A stretch of 35,234 nucleotides of DNA from Kiritimatiellia bacterium (lineage in GTDB: Bacteria > Verrucomicrobiota > Kiritimatiellia > SLAD01). Both the position numbers and the translations under genes were made by a program. The notes under the pieces are model-generated. The model worked only from the letters and a program-made list of their open reading frames with translations, had not been told where the DNA came from and did not search any database. Every line of letters starts with the position of its first letter. Position 1 is the stretch's first letter. Location of the stretch: assembly GCA_007128275.1 (NCBI GenBank), contig SKXR01000134.1:1-35234 (forward strand), read 5' to 3'. Shown in pieces: positions 26,861 to 35,234 of this stretch.

Positions 26861-27067
26861 GCGCTAGAAGCCCTTTCCCTTATTCGGCTTGTCGTCCCAT
26901 GTCGTCGAGGTTCCGTCGTCGCCATTCCCCGCGCGCTATTAAGCCGTTTACGCGCTTCATTGACCAGTAAAGAGTTGGCTCTATCCGAAGCCCTGCGCAA
27001 TTCGGGAGGATTGCCATTCCCCGCTCCGGGGGCCCGATCCTTGTCATCGGGCGCCAAGGGAAATGAG

Positions 27068-27115
27068 TTGCGAATCTATCTGCATATTATACATTCAGGC
27101 GGTGATTCTTATGAT
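27068..27115. promoter_or_regulatory. AT-rich divergent promoter region
   Basis: Plus TTGCGA-N16-TACATT and TATGAT (27110-15); perfect TATAAT on the minus strand (27091-86), between divergent genes. Confidence 0.4.
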
Positions 27116-27196
27116 GCAGGTCCTTCACATCTTGCCCGATCCAGGGCTGAGTGGGTGAAGCCATATGGTCCGTGCGTTGCCGATTTCCTTTAAGCC

Positions 27197-29695
27197 ATGA
27201 AGAATAGAGAACATTACGAAACACCTCGCGTCCGGGGGTTGTCCGCCCACAATTATTTCCTGCTCGGCATCGTCGGGTTGGCGCTGTTGGTCTGCCGGAA
27301 CGTGCTCTTGCCTGATCGCGTGCTGTTTACTACGGACGACAATATCGGTCATATGTATATGTGGAAGAATATGCTTCCCTATGGGTGGTGGGCTGGCTGG
27401 TATGACTCCGAACTGTTGGGTTCGGCCAGTCCGGTAATGTTCAACTTAACCACGTTCCTGCTCTACCTCCTCCCTGCGGGCTTCTTCAATAATTGGATCA
27501 ATATCTTCGATCTAGTGGTCGGTTCCTTTTTCTTGATGCGTTTTCTTCGACTGCGTCACCTCTCCTGGAGCGCCTGCGCCTTGGGTGTTCTGACCACGTA
27601 TTGGGTGGGCAGCAATTTCACGCTGATCTATGCCGGCCATATTGGGAAGTTTGGCATTCTGCTTTGGGTCCCCATCTTCCTGTGGCTTACCGAAAAGGCC
27701 TTGCAGCGCGACTCGCTGCGCCATGCTTTGCTCGCGGGCGGTGCGCTGGGCGCAACCTTCCTCGAGCAGGCGGATGTGGCCTTCTTCTTCGCGCTGGCCC
27801 TGGGACCCTATGCCTTGTTTGCGTGGTGGCGGACCTTCGGACGCTGGGACGGAAGGCTCGTGCGTTTTGCCGTCGTGCTCTTCGGCACCGCCATCCTGTT
27901 GGCTGTGCATCCGCTGTTGAGCGGTTATCAGGCTGCCGTAGAAGGGGTGAGCTCCGTGCAGGAAGAGGATCCTGCGGCCAAATGGGAGTTTGTGACACAG
28001 TGGAGTTGGCCGCCGGAAGAGTCCATCGATTTCATTGCGCCCGGATTTACCGGATGGCGAACCGGAGAACCGACCGGCCCGTACACCGGTCGGATGGGGC
28101 GCTCCGCGGGATGGGAAGAAACCGGGCAGGGTTTCCAGAATTTCAAATTGGAGAATCAGTATATTGGCGCCCTTCCGATTCTGTTCGCGATCATGGCCCT
28201 GTTCCTCGTTTGGCGACGTCGCGCCCCGGAGCATGCCAAGCGCGAGATCTACTTCTGGTTCTTGGTCACGGTGCTTGCCTTGCTCTTGTCGTTTGGTAAG
28301 TATTTCCCGCTCTATGCGCTGTTCTATCAGTTGCCCATCGTCTCTTCCGTCCGGAATCCAAATAAGTTCCTCCAAGTGTTCCAACTTGCGTTGGGTATCC
28401 TTTCCGCATACGGGTTGCATGAACTGTTGCGGCAATCCGTTGCCGATGGCGGCAAGGCGTTGCGCTTTCGCGATATCCGGCCGGTGGCCATGGGCGGCTT
28501 ACTGGTCGGCGTAGTGTTGATCGTCTGGGGCATCGGATCGATGGCGGCCTGGGATTCGTTGGTCGACCGATTTGCCCAGGCGGGGTGGGGGCGCGCGGCA
28601 ACCGTGATTGTCGAGAATCGAGTATGGGCGCTTTTGCACGGTGGCGTCATGGCCTGTCTCGGAGTGGCGATGTGGTACTTGCTCACGGCACAGCGTAGGC
28701 CGGGCGTGCGGGCGCCAACGATCATGGCATGGAGCCTGATCGGCGTGGTGATCGTTGACGTACTGTTCCTTTCCAGGCATTACGTGCAGACCGTTGAAGC
28801 CACGGCCTTTGAGTCGAATCCTGTCATCGAAAGGATTCGCGCGGATCGTTCCGGCTCCCGTGTGGCCCTTGTGACGCAGGAGGGATTCTACAACCAATGG
28901 CTTTCTCAACTCTTCCCGTACCACGACATCAAGACCATCAATGTGGCGCAGATGCCGCGTATGCCGATCGCCTATCAGCAGTATCTTGCGGCAGTGGGTG
29001 GCAATCCCATACGGCACTGGGAATTGGGCGCGGTGGGTTATATTCTGGGGCCAGCCCATATCTGGAACCAGATTACGAATGAACCGACTCTCCAAGACCG
29101 TTTCGAACTGTTTTTTGCGTATACCACGGAACCCATAGCTGGGGGTGTCCGAGTCATTCCAGCGACGGAACAACGTCCGGGACAGCACGTGTTGCTGCGT
29201 CACCTTGCACCGCATCCCCGATACGCCTTGGTCGCCGGGTGGGAGGTCATGGACGATGCCGCTGCGCTGAGACGTTTGGCATCGCCGACATTTACTCCGT
29301 TTGAACAGGTATTGATCGCTTCGGATTCGGTTTCGGAAGGGTTTCCCGAACCGGAAGGACAAGGCATAAGCGGTTCGGTCCGAACGGTCCGGTACCGTCC
29401 AGGCTATGTCCAATTACGCGTATCGGCTGAGGAACCCTCGATCCTGCGTTTGGCCGATAAGCACAACCCGCACTGGAAGGCCGAGGTAAACGGTGTCCCC
29501 GTACCCGTGCTGCGGGTCGATTATCTGATGCAGGGGGTGTATGTCGCACCGGGACTCCACGATGTGACGCTGCGCTATGCGCCGCCCACCGTGACCTTGT
29601 GGGTACAAGGCCTTGGCATGGCCCTTTGTGTCGGCGCCCTCATCCTGCTCCTGCGGGAACGTGTCCATGGCTTGCCACCGTCTCCCTCATCATGA
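27197..29695 (+). CDS. YfhO-like GT-C membrane glycosyltransferase
   Basis: 832 aa polytopic protein, FTTDDN acidic loop, YIGALPILFA, SFGKYFPLY..VRNPNKF, C-terminal PHWKAEVNG..LRVDYLMQGVYVAPGLHDVTLRY plus final TM helix. Confidence 0.85.
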   Translation: MKNREHYETPRVRGLSAHNYFLLGIVGLALLVCRNVLLPDRVLFTTDDNIGHMYMWKNMLPYGWWAGWYDSELLGSASPVMFNLTTFLLYLLPAGFFNNWINIFDLVVGSFFLMRFLRLRHLSWSACALGVLTTYWVGSNFTLIYAGHIGKFGILLWVPIFLWLTEKALQRDSLRHALLAGGALGATFLEQADVAFFFALALGPYALFAWWRTFGRWDGRLVRFAVVLFGTAILLAVHPLLSGYQAAVEGVSSVQEEDPAAKWEFVTQWSWPPEESIDFIAPGFTGWRTGEPTGPYTGRMGRSAGWEETGQGFQNFKLENQYIGALPILFAIMALFLVWRRRAPEHAKREIYFWFLVTVLALLLSFGKYFPLYALFYQLPIVSSVRNPNKFLQVFQLALGILSAYGLHELLRQSVADGGKALRFRDIRPVAMGGLLVGVVLIVWGIGSMAAWDSLVDRFAQAGWGRAATVIVENRVWALLHGGVMACLGVAMWYLLTAQRRPGVRAPTIMAWSLIGVVIVDVLFLSRHYVQTVEATAFESNPVIERIRADRSGSRVALVTQEGFYNQWLSQLFPYHDIKTINVAQMPRMPIAYQQYLAAVGGNPIRHWELGAVGYILGPAHIWNQITNEPTLQDRFELFFAYTTEPIAGGVRVIPATEQRPGQHVLLRHLAPHPRYALVAGWEVMDDAAALRRLASPTFTPFEQVLIASDSVSEGFPEPEGQGISGSVRTVRYRPGYVQLRVSAEEPSILRLADKHNPHWKAEVNGVPVPVLRVDYLMQGVYVAPGLHDVTLRYAPPTVTLWVQGLGMALCVGALILLLRERVHGLPPSPSS

Positions 29696-30684
29696 AGAAC
29701 ACGAATGCAGACATCGCCATCATTGTCCCTTTCAATGCATGGACGGGGTGGGTTGTCGACTGTGTAGAGGCCATCAGCCGTCTGAACGGGCTGCACCGAG
29801 GTTGGACCCTGTGGCTTGTCCCGGACGACGAACCGACCGCAGCATGGCGCGAGCGGCTCGCGCCGTATCAGTCCGGGCTTTCCCTCGAAATCCTGCCCAC
29901 CGGTTTCGGTAATCCTTCACAGAAACGCAACGCGGTCCTGCACCGGACAAAAGCGCCGGTGATTGCGTTGATCGATTCCGATGCCTGGCCCGAGTCGGAT
30001 TGGTTGATGAATGCCCTGAACCATTTCAACAATGACATCGGCGTGGTGACCGGTCCCAACCTGACCCCGACTGATGATGAATTATCGCGGCGCGTGTGTG
30101 GCCGTGTGATGGAAAGTCCCATTGGATTCGGTGAAGGCTATATTCGTCATGTGTCGACCGAAGCCCGTGACGTGCGTGAGATGCCCACATGCAATATGGT
30201 GTATCGTCGGCCGCCGGATCTTCGTTTTCATGAAGAACTGGCCACCGGTGAGGATATGGTGTTTTGCTCCGAGATGCGCGCAGCGGGGTGTCGCGTTGTC
30301 TACCGCCCGGATGTACGCGTGTATCACCATCGCCGCAAGCTGCTGCGTCCTTTCATGCAACAATTTTTCGGTTACGGACTTAACAAGGGTCGCTTGTGGC
30401 GGATGGGCAGTGACATCGCCTATCGCTGGCACGCTCTTCCCACGCTGTTCTTGCTCTATCTGGCGGTTGCTGTGCTCGGGACCCCGTTGGTCGGGGGCTG
30501 GATGGCATGGGCGTTGTGGATACCTCTGCTGGCCTATTTATTGGTGGTGACCGTTGAAAGCGCGCGCATGGCCGGATCATTCGGGGAGTTTATACTCTGC
30601 ATCCCCGCCTTCTTGGCCAGTCATCTATCGTATGGGGCCGGTTACCTCGCAGGGTATCTCAAACCTCCGCAGGCTATCCGCTGA
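29692..30684 (+). CDS. GT2 family glycosyltransferase with C-terminal TM helices
   Basis: IAIIVPFN, KRN, LIDSDAWP, GED, VYHHRR..QFFGYG; ATGA overlap with the YfhO-like gene. Confidence 0.85.
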   Translation: MKNTNADIAIIVPFNAWTGWVVDCVEAISRLNGLHRGWTLWLVPDDEPTAAWRERLAPYQSGLSLEILPTGFGNPSQKRNAVLHRTKAPVIALIDSDAWPESDWLMNALNHFNNDIGVVTGPNLTPTDDELSRRVCGRVMESPIGFGEGYIRHVSTEARDVREMPTCNMVYRRPPDLRFHEELATGEDMVFCSEMRAAGCRVVYRPDVRVYHHRRKLLRPFMQQFFGYGLNKGRLWRMGSDIAYRWHALPTLFLLYLAVAVLGTPLVGGWMAWALWIPLLAYLLVVTVESARMAGSFGEFILCIPAFLASHLSYGAGYLAGYLKPPQAIR

Positions 30685-30691
30685 GGGGCTG

Positions 30692-32431
30692 TTAATCATC
30701 ATCCGCGGGTTTCAGGTCAATCGCGCCTCTGATGATGTCGAGCCGCATTTCGTCGAGGCCTTTGATTTCGCTGCACGCTTCAAAGAGATCCTGCAACGAA
30801 AGCAATTCCTCGAGCAGGATGTAGCGCGCGACATCGCCGCCTTGCGCCATGACGGTGATCTCCACCTTGTTCCCGTCCTGCGCCAGGGTAAACGCCAGAT
30901 CATCCTTGCGAACGCGATAGGTCAGTATTTCCACGGGCAAACGATAGACAAAGAACTCTTCGTTTCGGAAAGCCCGTACCAAATGGTTTAACAGGAATTC
31001 CGCGATATCGAAGCTCGGAAATTCCAAGACGATGTTGGACGGCCCTTGCTCTTCCTCGCCTTCTTTCGTGCGCAGGCCCGAACCGCCGCGCAGAAAGATG
31101 TTGAGCAGGGGCGGCGCGGCAAGCGTGGTGAGCATGGTCATCATGATCGCGGCGCCAAAGATTTCCTTCGGAATGGCGCCGGCCGCCAAGCCGATTCCGG
31201 CCACGATCAAGGCCACTTCCCCGCGCGGGAGCATGCCGAGCCCGATGCGCATGGAGCCGCGCGTATTGAATCCGGTCAGCCAACCCGCCGCGCCGCAACC
31301 CAGAACCTTTGAGCCGACGGCGAACACGGTGTACACGGAACCGAATACCAGCATGCCCTGCATGGCGCTGAGATCCACCAACATGCCCATCACGCAGAAG
31401 AAGATGGGCACGAGGGCGTGGTAAATGTTGTGCAATTGATTCTGGATCAGATCCACCAGATCGGTCTGAGAAAGCGCCAACCCGGAAATGTACGCGCCGA
31501 TAATCATGGCCAAGCCCGCCATTTCCGACAACCCCGCGAGGAATAGCGCCAAGCCGAGTGAAATGTAGGCGATGGTGCCGGGATTCTTGACCGTCTTAAC
31601 GAACCCCGCAATGCGCTTTGCCGAGAGCAGGCCGACGGAGGTAAGAATCAACCAGAATCCGATGCCCTTGGCGGCGATCCAGGCGATCTGTCCCCAGCTA
31701 ATCTCGCCTCCGGCTTGTTCCACCTTCGTAATGCCCGTGACGATGGCCAGAATGATGATGCACAATACATCGTCGAGGACCGCGGCCGACAAGATGGTCA
31801 CGCCCTCCGGCGAATCCATTTTCTTGTGCTCAGACAGAATGCGCGCGGTGATGCCCACGGAGGTGGCGGTGGAAATGGCGCCGAGAAACAGGGCGGTGGG
31901 ATGCATCCAGGAATCCGCCATATTGAACCAGAGCGCGCACCACACCCCGAACAGGAATGAGAACAGAATGCCGCCGATGCCGACCACCGTGCCCTTGAAC
32001 GAATAACGCAGGAACATGGCCACGTCCGTTTCCAGACCCGACATGAAGAGAAGCAGGATCGAAGCCAGTACGGCGATCCCGTACAGCTCGGTGGTGACGG
32101 GAATCATCCCTTCGCCCAACGGAAACAGCGCACCGATGACGGGCAGTTCAATCCCGCCCAAGGCGTATGGACCGATCAGAATGCCAACGGCGACCTCGCC
32201 GATGACACTCGGAAGATGCAGAAAACGGCGGCACAGATAGCCCGCAATGTTGGCGACGATCAGAATGATCGCCAGATCCATCATGAGCCGGACAATCGGA
32301 TCGCCGCCGTGTTCCAAGCCGTCGCCGGGCGAAAAGGCCCACGCGCCCAGGGGCACCATACACAGCAGGGCGACGGCAAAGATCAAGCGCCGTCGTATCG
32401 ATATCCCGGAATCTGGTATCCCACTGTTCAT
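30692..32431 (-). CDS. CPA2 cation:proton antiporter (NapA/GerN-like) with C-terminal soluble extension
   Basis: LPSVIGEVAVGILIGP, LFMSGLETD, ATSVGITARIL, AAVLDD, GMLPRGEVALI; start uncertain (32431-32473 or downstream). Confidence 0.9.
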   Translation of the reverse strand: MNSGIPDSGISIRRRLIFAVALLCMVPLGAWAFSPGDGLEHGGDPIVRLMMDLAIILIVANIAGYLCRRFLHLPSVIGEVAVGILIGPYALGGIELPVIGALFPLGEGMIPVTTELYGIAVLASILLLFMSGLETDVAMFLRYSFKGTVVGIGGILFSFLFGVWCALWFNMADSWMHPTALFLGAISTATSVGITARILSEHKKMDSPEGVTILSAAVLDDVLCIIILAIVTGITKVEQAGGEISWGQIAWIAAKGIGFWLILTSVGLLSAKRIAGFVKTVKNPGTIAYISLGLALFLAGLSEMAGLAMIIGAYISGLALSQTDLVDLIQNQLHNIYHALVPIFFCVMGMLVDLSAMQGMLVFGSVYTVFAVGSKVLGCGAAGWLTGFNTRGSMRIGLGMLPRGEVALIVAGIGLAAGAIPKEIFGAAIMMTMLTTLAAPPLLNIFLRGGSGLRTKEGEEEQGPSNIVLEFPSFDIAEFLLNHLVRAFRNEEFFVYRLPVEILTYRVRKDDLAFTLAQDGNKVEITVMAQGGDVARYILLEELLSLQDLFEACSEIKGLDEMRLDIIRGAIDLKPADDD

Positions 32432-32501
32432 GCGTGCCGAAACACCCGCAGCCATGCAGAAGACATGCCTCAAAGCGAATCAAAAGGCCAAGCTTTGCCC
32501 G

Positions 32502-35234
32502 CTATTCCTTCTGCGGCGCGGCAGACGCTTGGCGGGCCGGTTGCGCGAAGACATCCGGTTCCACCTGTATACGAGCGTCCACGATACGGCATCCCTTGCC
32601 CGGTTCCAAGGCAAAGATGGGATTGAGGTCGAGCTCCAAGATCTCCGGCACATCTTCGACGAGCAGGGAGATCCGAAGCAGGATCTCCTTGATGGCATCG
32701 ATGTCCGCGGGAAGGTGGCCCCGGTAGCCCTCGAGCAGGCGATGTCCGCGAATTTCCCGGATCATGTTGTCCACGTCCTGATCCGTCAACGGAGTCACCC
32801 GGAAACAGATGTCGGCCAAGATCTCGACGTGCACGCCGCCCAATCCGAAAGCGACCAGTGGCCCGAATACCGGGTCGTTGGTCACACCGACCATGACCTC
32901 CACGCCTCCGGAAACCATGGGCTGAACGAGAACACCTTCCATCGCGTCCAGTTGATCGATTTCCACCAGCTTTCTCTGAATCTCCTCAAACGCGTTGCTC
33001 ACCGCGTCGCTGTTTTTCAGTCCCAGATACACGGCGCCCATGTCTGACTTATGGACGATGGTGAGGGAGGCGAGTTTCACCGCCACGGGATAGCCGATCT
33101 GGTCCGCGAGGGCAACGGCCTCTTTCGCGCTCTTTGCCACGCCCCCGTCCCCGACAGGCAGCTTGTAGGCTTGCAGTACGTTGCGCGTTTCCTCGGTGGA
33201 CAACCAACCGGCGCCGCGGTCCGCCAGCGCTTTCTGGCAGATGGCGCGCGCCTGATTAGGGTCGATGTCCGTGAACTCGGGGATCATGCCCGGGGGCTCG
33301 CGCAACCAGGCGGCATAGTTCGCCACTTTGCTCATCACTCGCGCCGCCGATTCCGGAAAGGCATAGACCGGTATGGCTTCCCCTTCGCTGACACGTAAAG
33401 GATCATGAGTACCTTCCTCGACCATCAGACATGCAAGTACCGTCTTGTTTTCGGCGCCCTGTGCTCGCGCGGATCTCACGCCTTCCTCGATGGCGGCGTC
33501 AATGGCCGTGTTCTTGGCCGTGCCGACGGGAATATAGATAACGATCACCATGTCCACGTCGTCATCGAGCAGAACCGCTTCCACCGTCTTGCGAAAATGC
33601 TCGGGCGGGGCGGAGGCGATCATGTCGACCGGATTGCCGACGGCCGCCGCCGTGGGGAGAAATTCCTTGAGATAGGTTTGAATCTTTTCGTTCAGCTCCG
33701 GTACCAGCAACCCGTTGGCTTCGCAGGTATCCGAGCAGAGAATACCGGGTCCCCCGGCATTGGTGACCACCCCGACGCGGTTGCCGGCGGGTAACGGTTG
33801 ACTGGAGAGTGCCGCAGCCAAATCGAACATTTCTTCCAGCGTATCGCAGCGCAGCACGCCTGTCTGCTGGAAGAGCGCTTCCACCGGCGTATCTGCGGCG
33901 GCGAGGGCCGCCGTGTGCGAACCCGCGGCCCGGCGCCCGGCGGTGGTGCGGCCGCCCTTCACGCAAACAATGGGCTTGCTCCGACTCACGCGGCGCGCAA
34001 TACGCGCGAAGCGACGCGGGTTCTTGATGGATTCCATGTAGAGCAAAATCACGTTGGTTTTGTCGTCGCCTTCCCAGTATTGGAGTAAGTCGTTGCCGGA
34101 CACGTCTGCCTTGTTTCCAATGCTGACGAAGGTGGACAGGCCAAGTTTGAGTCGCTTCGCCAACGCGAGGATAGCCAGTCCCAGAGCGCCGCTTTGCGAA
34201 GACATACCGACGGTGCCGTGCGGCGGGAACACGGGGGAGAACGACGCGTTGAGCAAGACTTCGGGGTCGGAATTGAGCAATCCCAGGCAGTTCGGGCCGA
34301 CGATGCGCATACCATACCCGCGCGCCTTGTCCACCAACGCTTCTTGGAGCAGTCGCCCCTCCTCATTGGTTTCCGCAAAACCGGCCGAGATCACGATCAG
34401 CGCGCGAACGCCGAGCGCGGCGCAATCATCGACCGCAGACATTACCGCGTCGCGGGGAACAACGATGACGGCCAGATCGACGGCTTCCGGAAGATCCCGA
34501 ACGGACGCATAAGCGCGCATCGAGCAAATGACCTTGGCCTTCGGGTTTACCGGATAGATGCAGCCCTGAAAACGGTTCAGGACCAGGCCTTCCATAATGC
34601 GATAGCCGATGGACGTCGGGTTTCGGGATGCACCGACGACCGCCACCGATTGCGGTTTGAAGAAGGGCCGAATCGAGGCCGCCGTAAAGAGGCGGTCGCG
34701 CATTTCCGTACGGGCTACGCTGTCGGCGCCGGGCAACACCGAGAATTGAACCGTGACAAATCCGTCGTTGTATTGCTCGGTCACCGGAAAACCGGAATGC
34801 CGGAAGACTTCCAGCATGGCCTTGTTCCCCGTATGTGTGATCGCCTTGAACTCCGTGAAGCCGTGTTGAATAGCCAGCAGCGCGAGCCGTTCCAGCAGCA
34901 GGGTTCCCAGTCCTTTGCCTTGAAAAGCGTCCTCCACGGTCACGGCAACCTCCGCAGTCACTTCATCGGACGCAAAGTAGGAACCCGCAGCGATAATGCG
35001 TTGTTCGCCTTCAGCGAATCGGTTCACAATCATGGTCAACACCTTTTTGGGGTCGGTATCGTCGCACATTTGTTCGATCGCCGATTCGCCGGGTTTGCTG
35101 TCCGTAAAGAAACGGTTGCGTCTCGATTCGGGGGAGAGCCGTTTAAAGAAGGCCGCCAGGGACGGGCCGTCTTCCGGTGTCGCCACGTGGACGGTGGCCG
35201 TGGTGCCGTCTCGGAGGATCAAACGACCTCGTTC
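32502..35234 (-). CDS. GNAT N-acetyltransferase fused to NDP-forming acyl-CoA synthetase domains (Pat/PatA-like); 5' end outside the window
   Basis: GNAT (LSPESRRNRFF, QGKGLGT), CoA-binding (VAVVGASR, GPNCLG, SQSG, GNKAD), SHT, TNAGGPG, NPVDM, ATP-grasp (HKSDMGAV, ELDLNP); frame open to the window edge. Confidence 0.9.
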   Translation of the reverse strand, partial: ERGRLILRDGTTATVHVATPEDGPSLAAFFKRLSPESRRNRFFTDSKPGESAIEQMCDDTDPKKVLTMIVNRFAEGEQRIIAAGSYFASDEVTAEVAVTVEDAFQGKGLGTLLLERLALLAIQHGFTEFKAITHTGNKAMLEVFRHSGFPVTEQYNDGFVTVQFSVLPGADSVARTEMRDRLFTAASIRPFFKPQSVAVVGASRNPTSIGYRIMEGLVLNRFQGCIYPVNPKAKVICSMRAYASVRDLPEAVDLAVIVVPRDAVMSAVDDCAALGVRALIVISAGFAETNEEGRLLQEALVDKARGYGMRIVGPNCLGLLNSDPEVLLNASFSPVFPPHGTVGMSSQSGALGLAILALAKRLKLGLSTFVSIGNKADVSGNDLLQYWEGDDKTNVILLYMESIKNPRRFARIARRVSRSKPIVCVKGGRTTAGRRAAGSHTAALAAADTPVEALFQQTGVLRCDTLEEMFDLAAALSSQPLPAGNRVGVVTNAGGPGILCSDTCEANGLLVPELNEKIQTYLKEFLPTAAAVGNPVDMIASAPPEHFRKTVEAVLLDDDVDMVIVIYIPVGTAKNTAIDAAIEEGVRSARAQGAENKTVLACLMVEEGTHDPLRVSEGEAIPVYAFPESAARVMSKVANYAAWLREPPGMIPEFTDIDPNQARAICQKALADRGAGWLSTEETRNVLQAYKLPVGDGGVAKSAKEAVALADQIGYPVAVKLASLTIVHKSDMGAVYLGLKNSDAVSNAFEEIQRKLVEIDQLDAMEGVLVQPMVSGGVEVMVGVTNDPVFGPLVAFGLGGVHVEILADICFRVTPLTDQDVDNMIREIRGHRLLEGYRGHLPADIDAIKEILLRISLLVEDVPEILELDLNPIFALEPGKGCRIVDARIQVEPDVFAQPARQASAAPQKE

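Noticed and set aside
26857-27193. Small ORFs in the 26861-27196 spacer (66-77 aa)
   Set aside because: No motifs or convincing RBS; the region is better explained as a divergent promoter region.
13431-29691. N-terminal extensions given by the ORF track (13431, 14719, 20200, 21318, 23383, 29599)
   Set aside because: They overlap upstream genes extensively; downstream starts with RBS or stop-start coupling fit the family N-termini better.
11802-33047. Other long overlapping alternative-frame ORFs (11802-12626, 19623-20504, 24358-25359, 27512-28435, 28499-29413, 32247-33047)
   Set aside because: All overlap motif-supported genes on the opposite strand and have low-information Arg/His/Gly-rich composition.

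Overview
A GC-rich bacterial region (taxon not determinable from the sequence; a PVC-type lineage is only a guess). It starts with tRNA-Pro(CGG) and an M20 deacylase gene, and ends with a CPA2 antiporter and a truncated GNAT/acyl-CoA ligase fusion. About 29 kb between them is a cell-envelope glycosylation locus: three GT-C membrane glycosyltransferases, two polyprenol-phosphate-type GT2s, further GT2/GT4/GT8-like enzymes, a Wzx-like flippase, two methyltransferases, a secreted LamG protein and three nucleotide-sugar dehydrogenase homologues. The core is an 11-gene run at 5673-15849: SIS isomerase, transaldolase, GHMP kinase, two SDR epimerases, a UDP-glucose dehydrogenase homologue with Thr in place of the catalytic Cys, a Gfo/Idh/MocA oxidoreductase, an Rmd-like SDR, a nucleotidyltransferase, a HAD phosphatase and a GtrB-like GT2. 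Family for family, this matches the lincosamide GDP-octose pathway (LmbN/R/P/M/L/Z/O/K), but without an LmbS-type aminotransferase. I infer an NDP-(deoxy)octose, or an unusual heptose, made for lipid-carrier-mediated surface glycosylation rather than for an antibiotic. No CRISPR array, integrase or transposase was seen. All protein calls come from motif recognition, not database searches.
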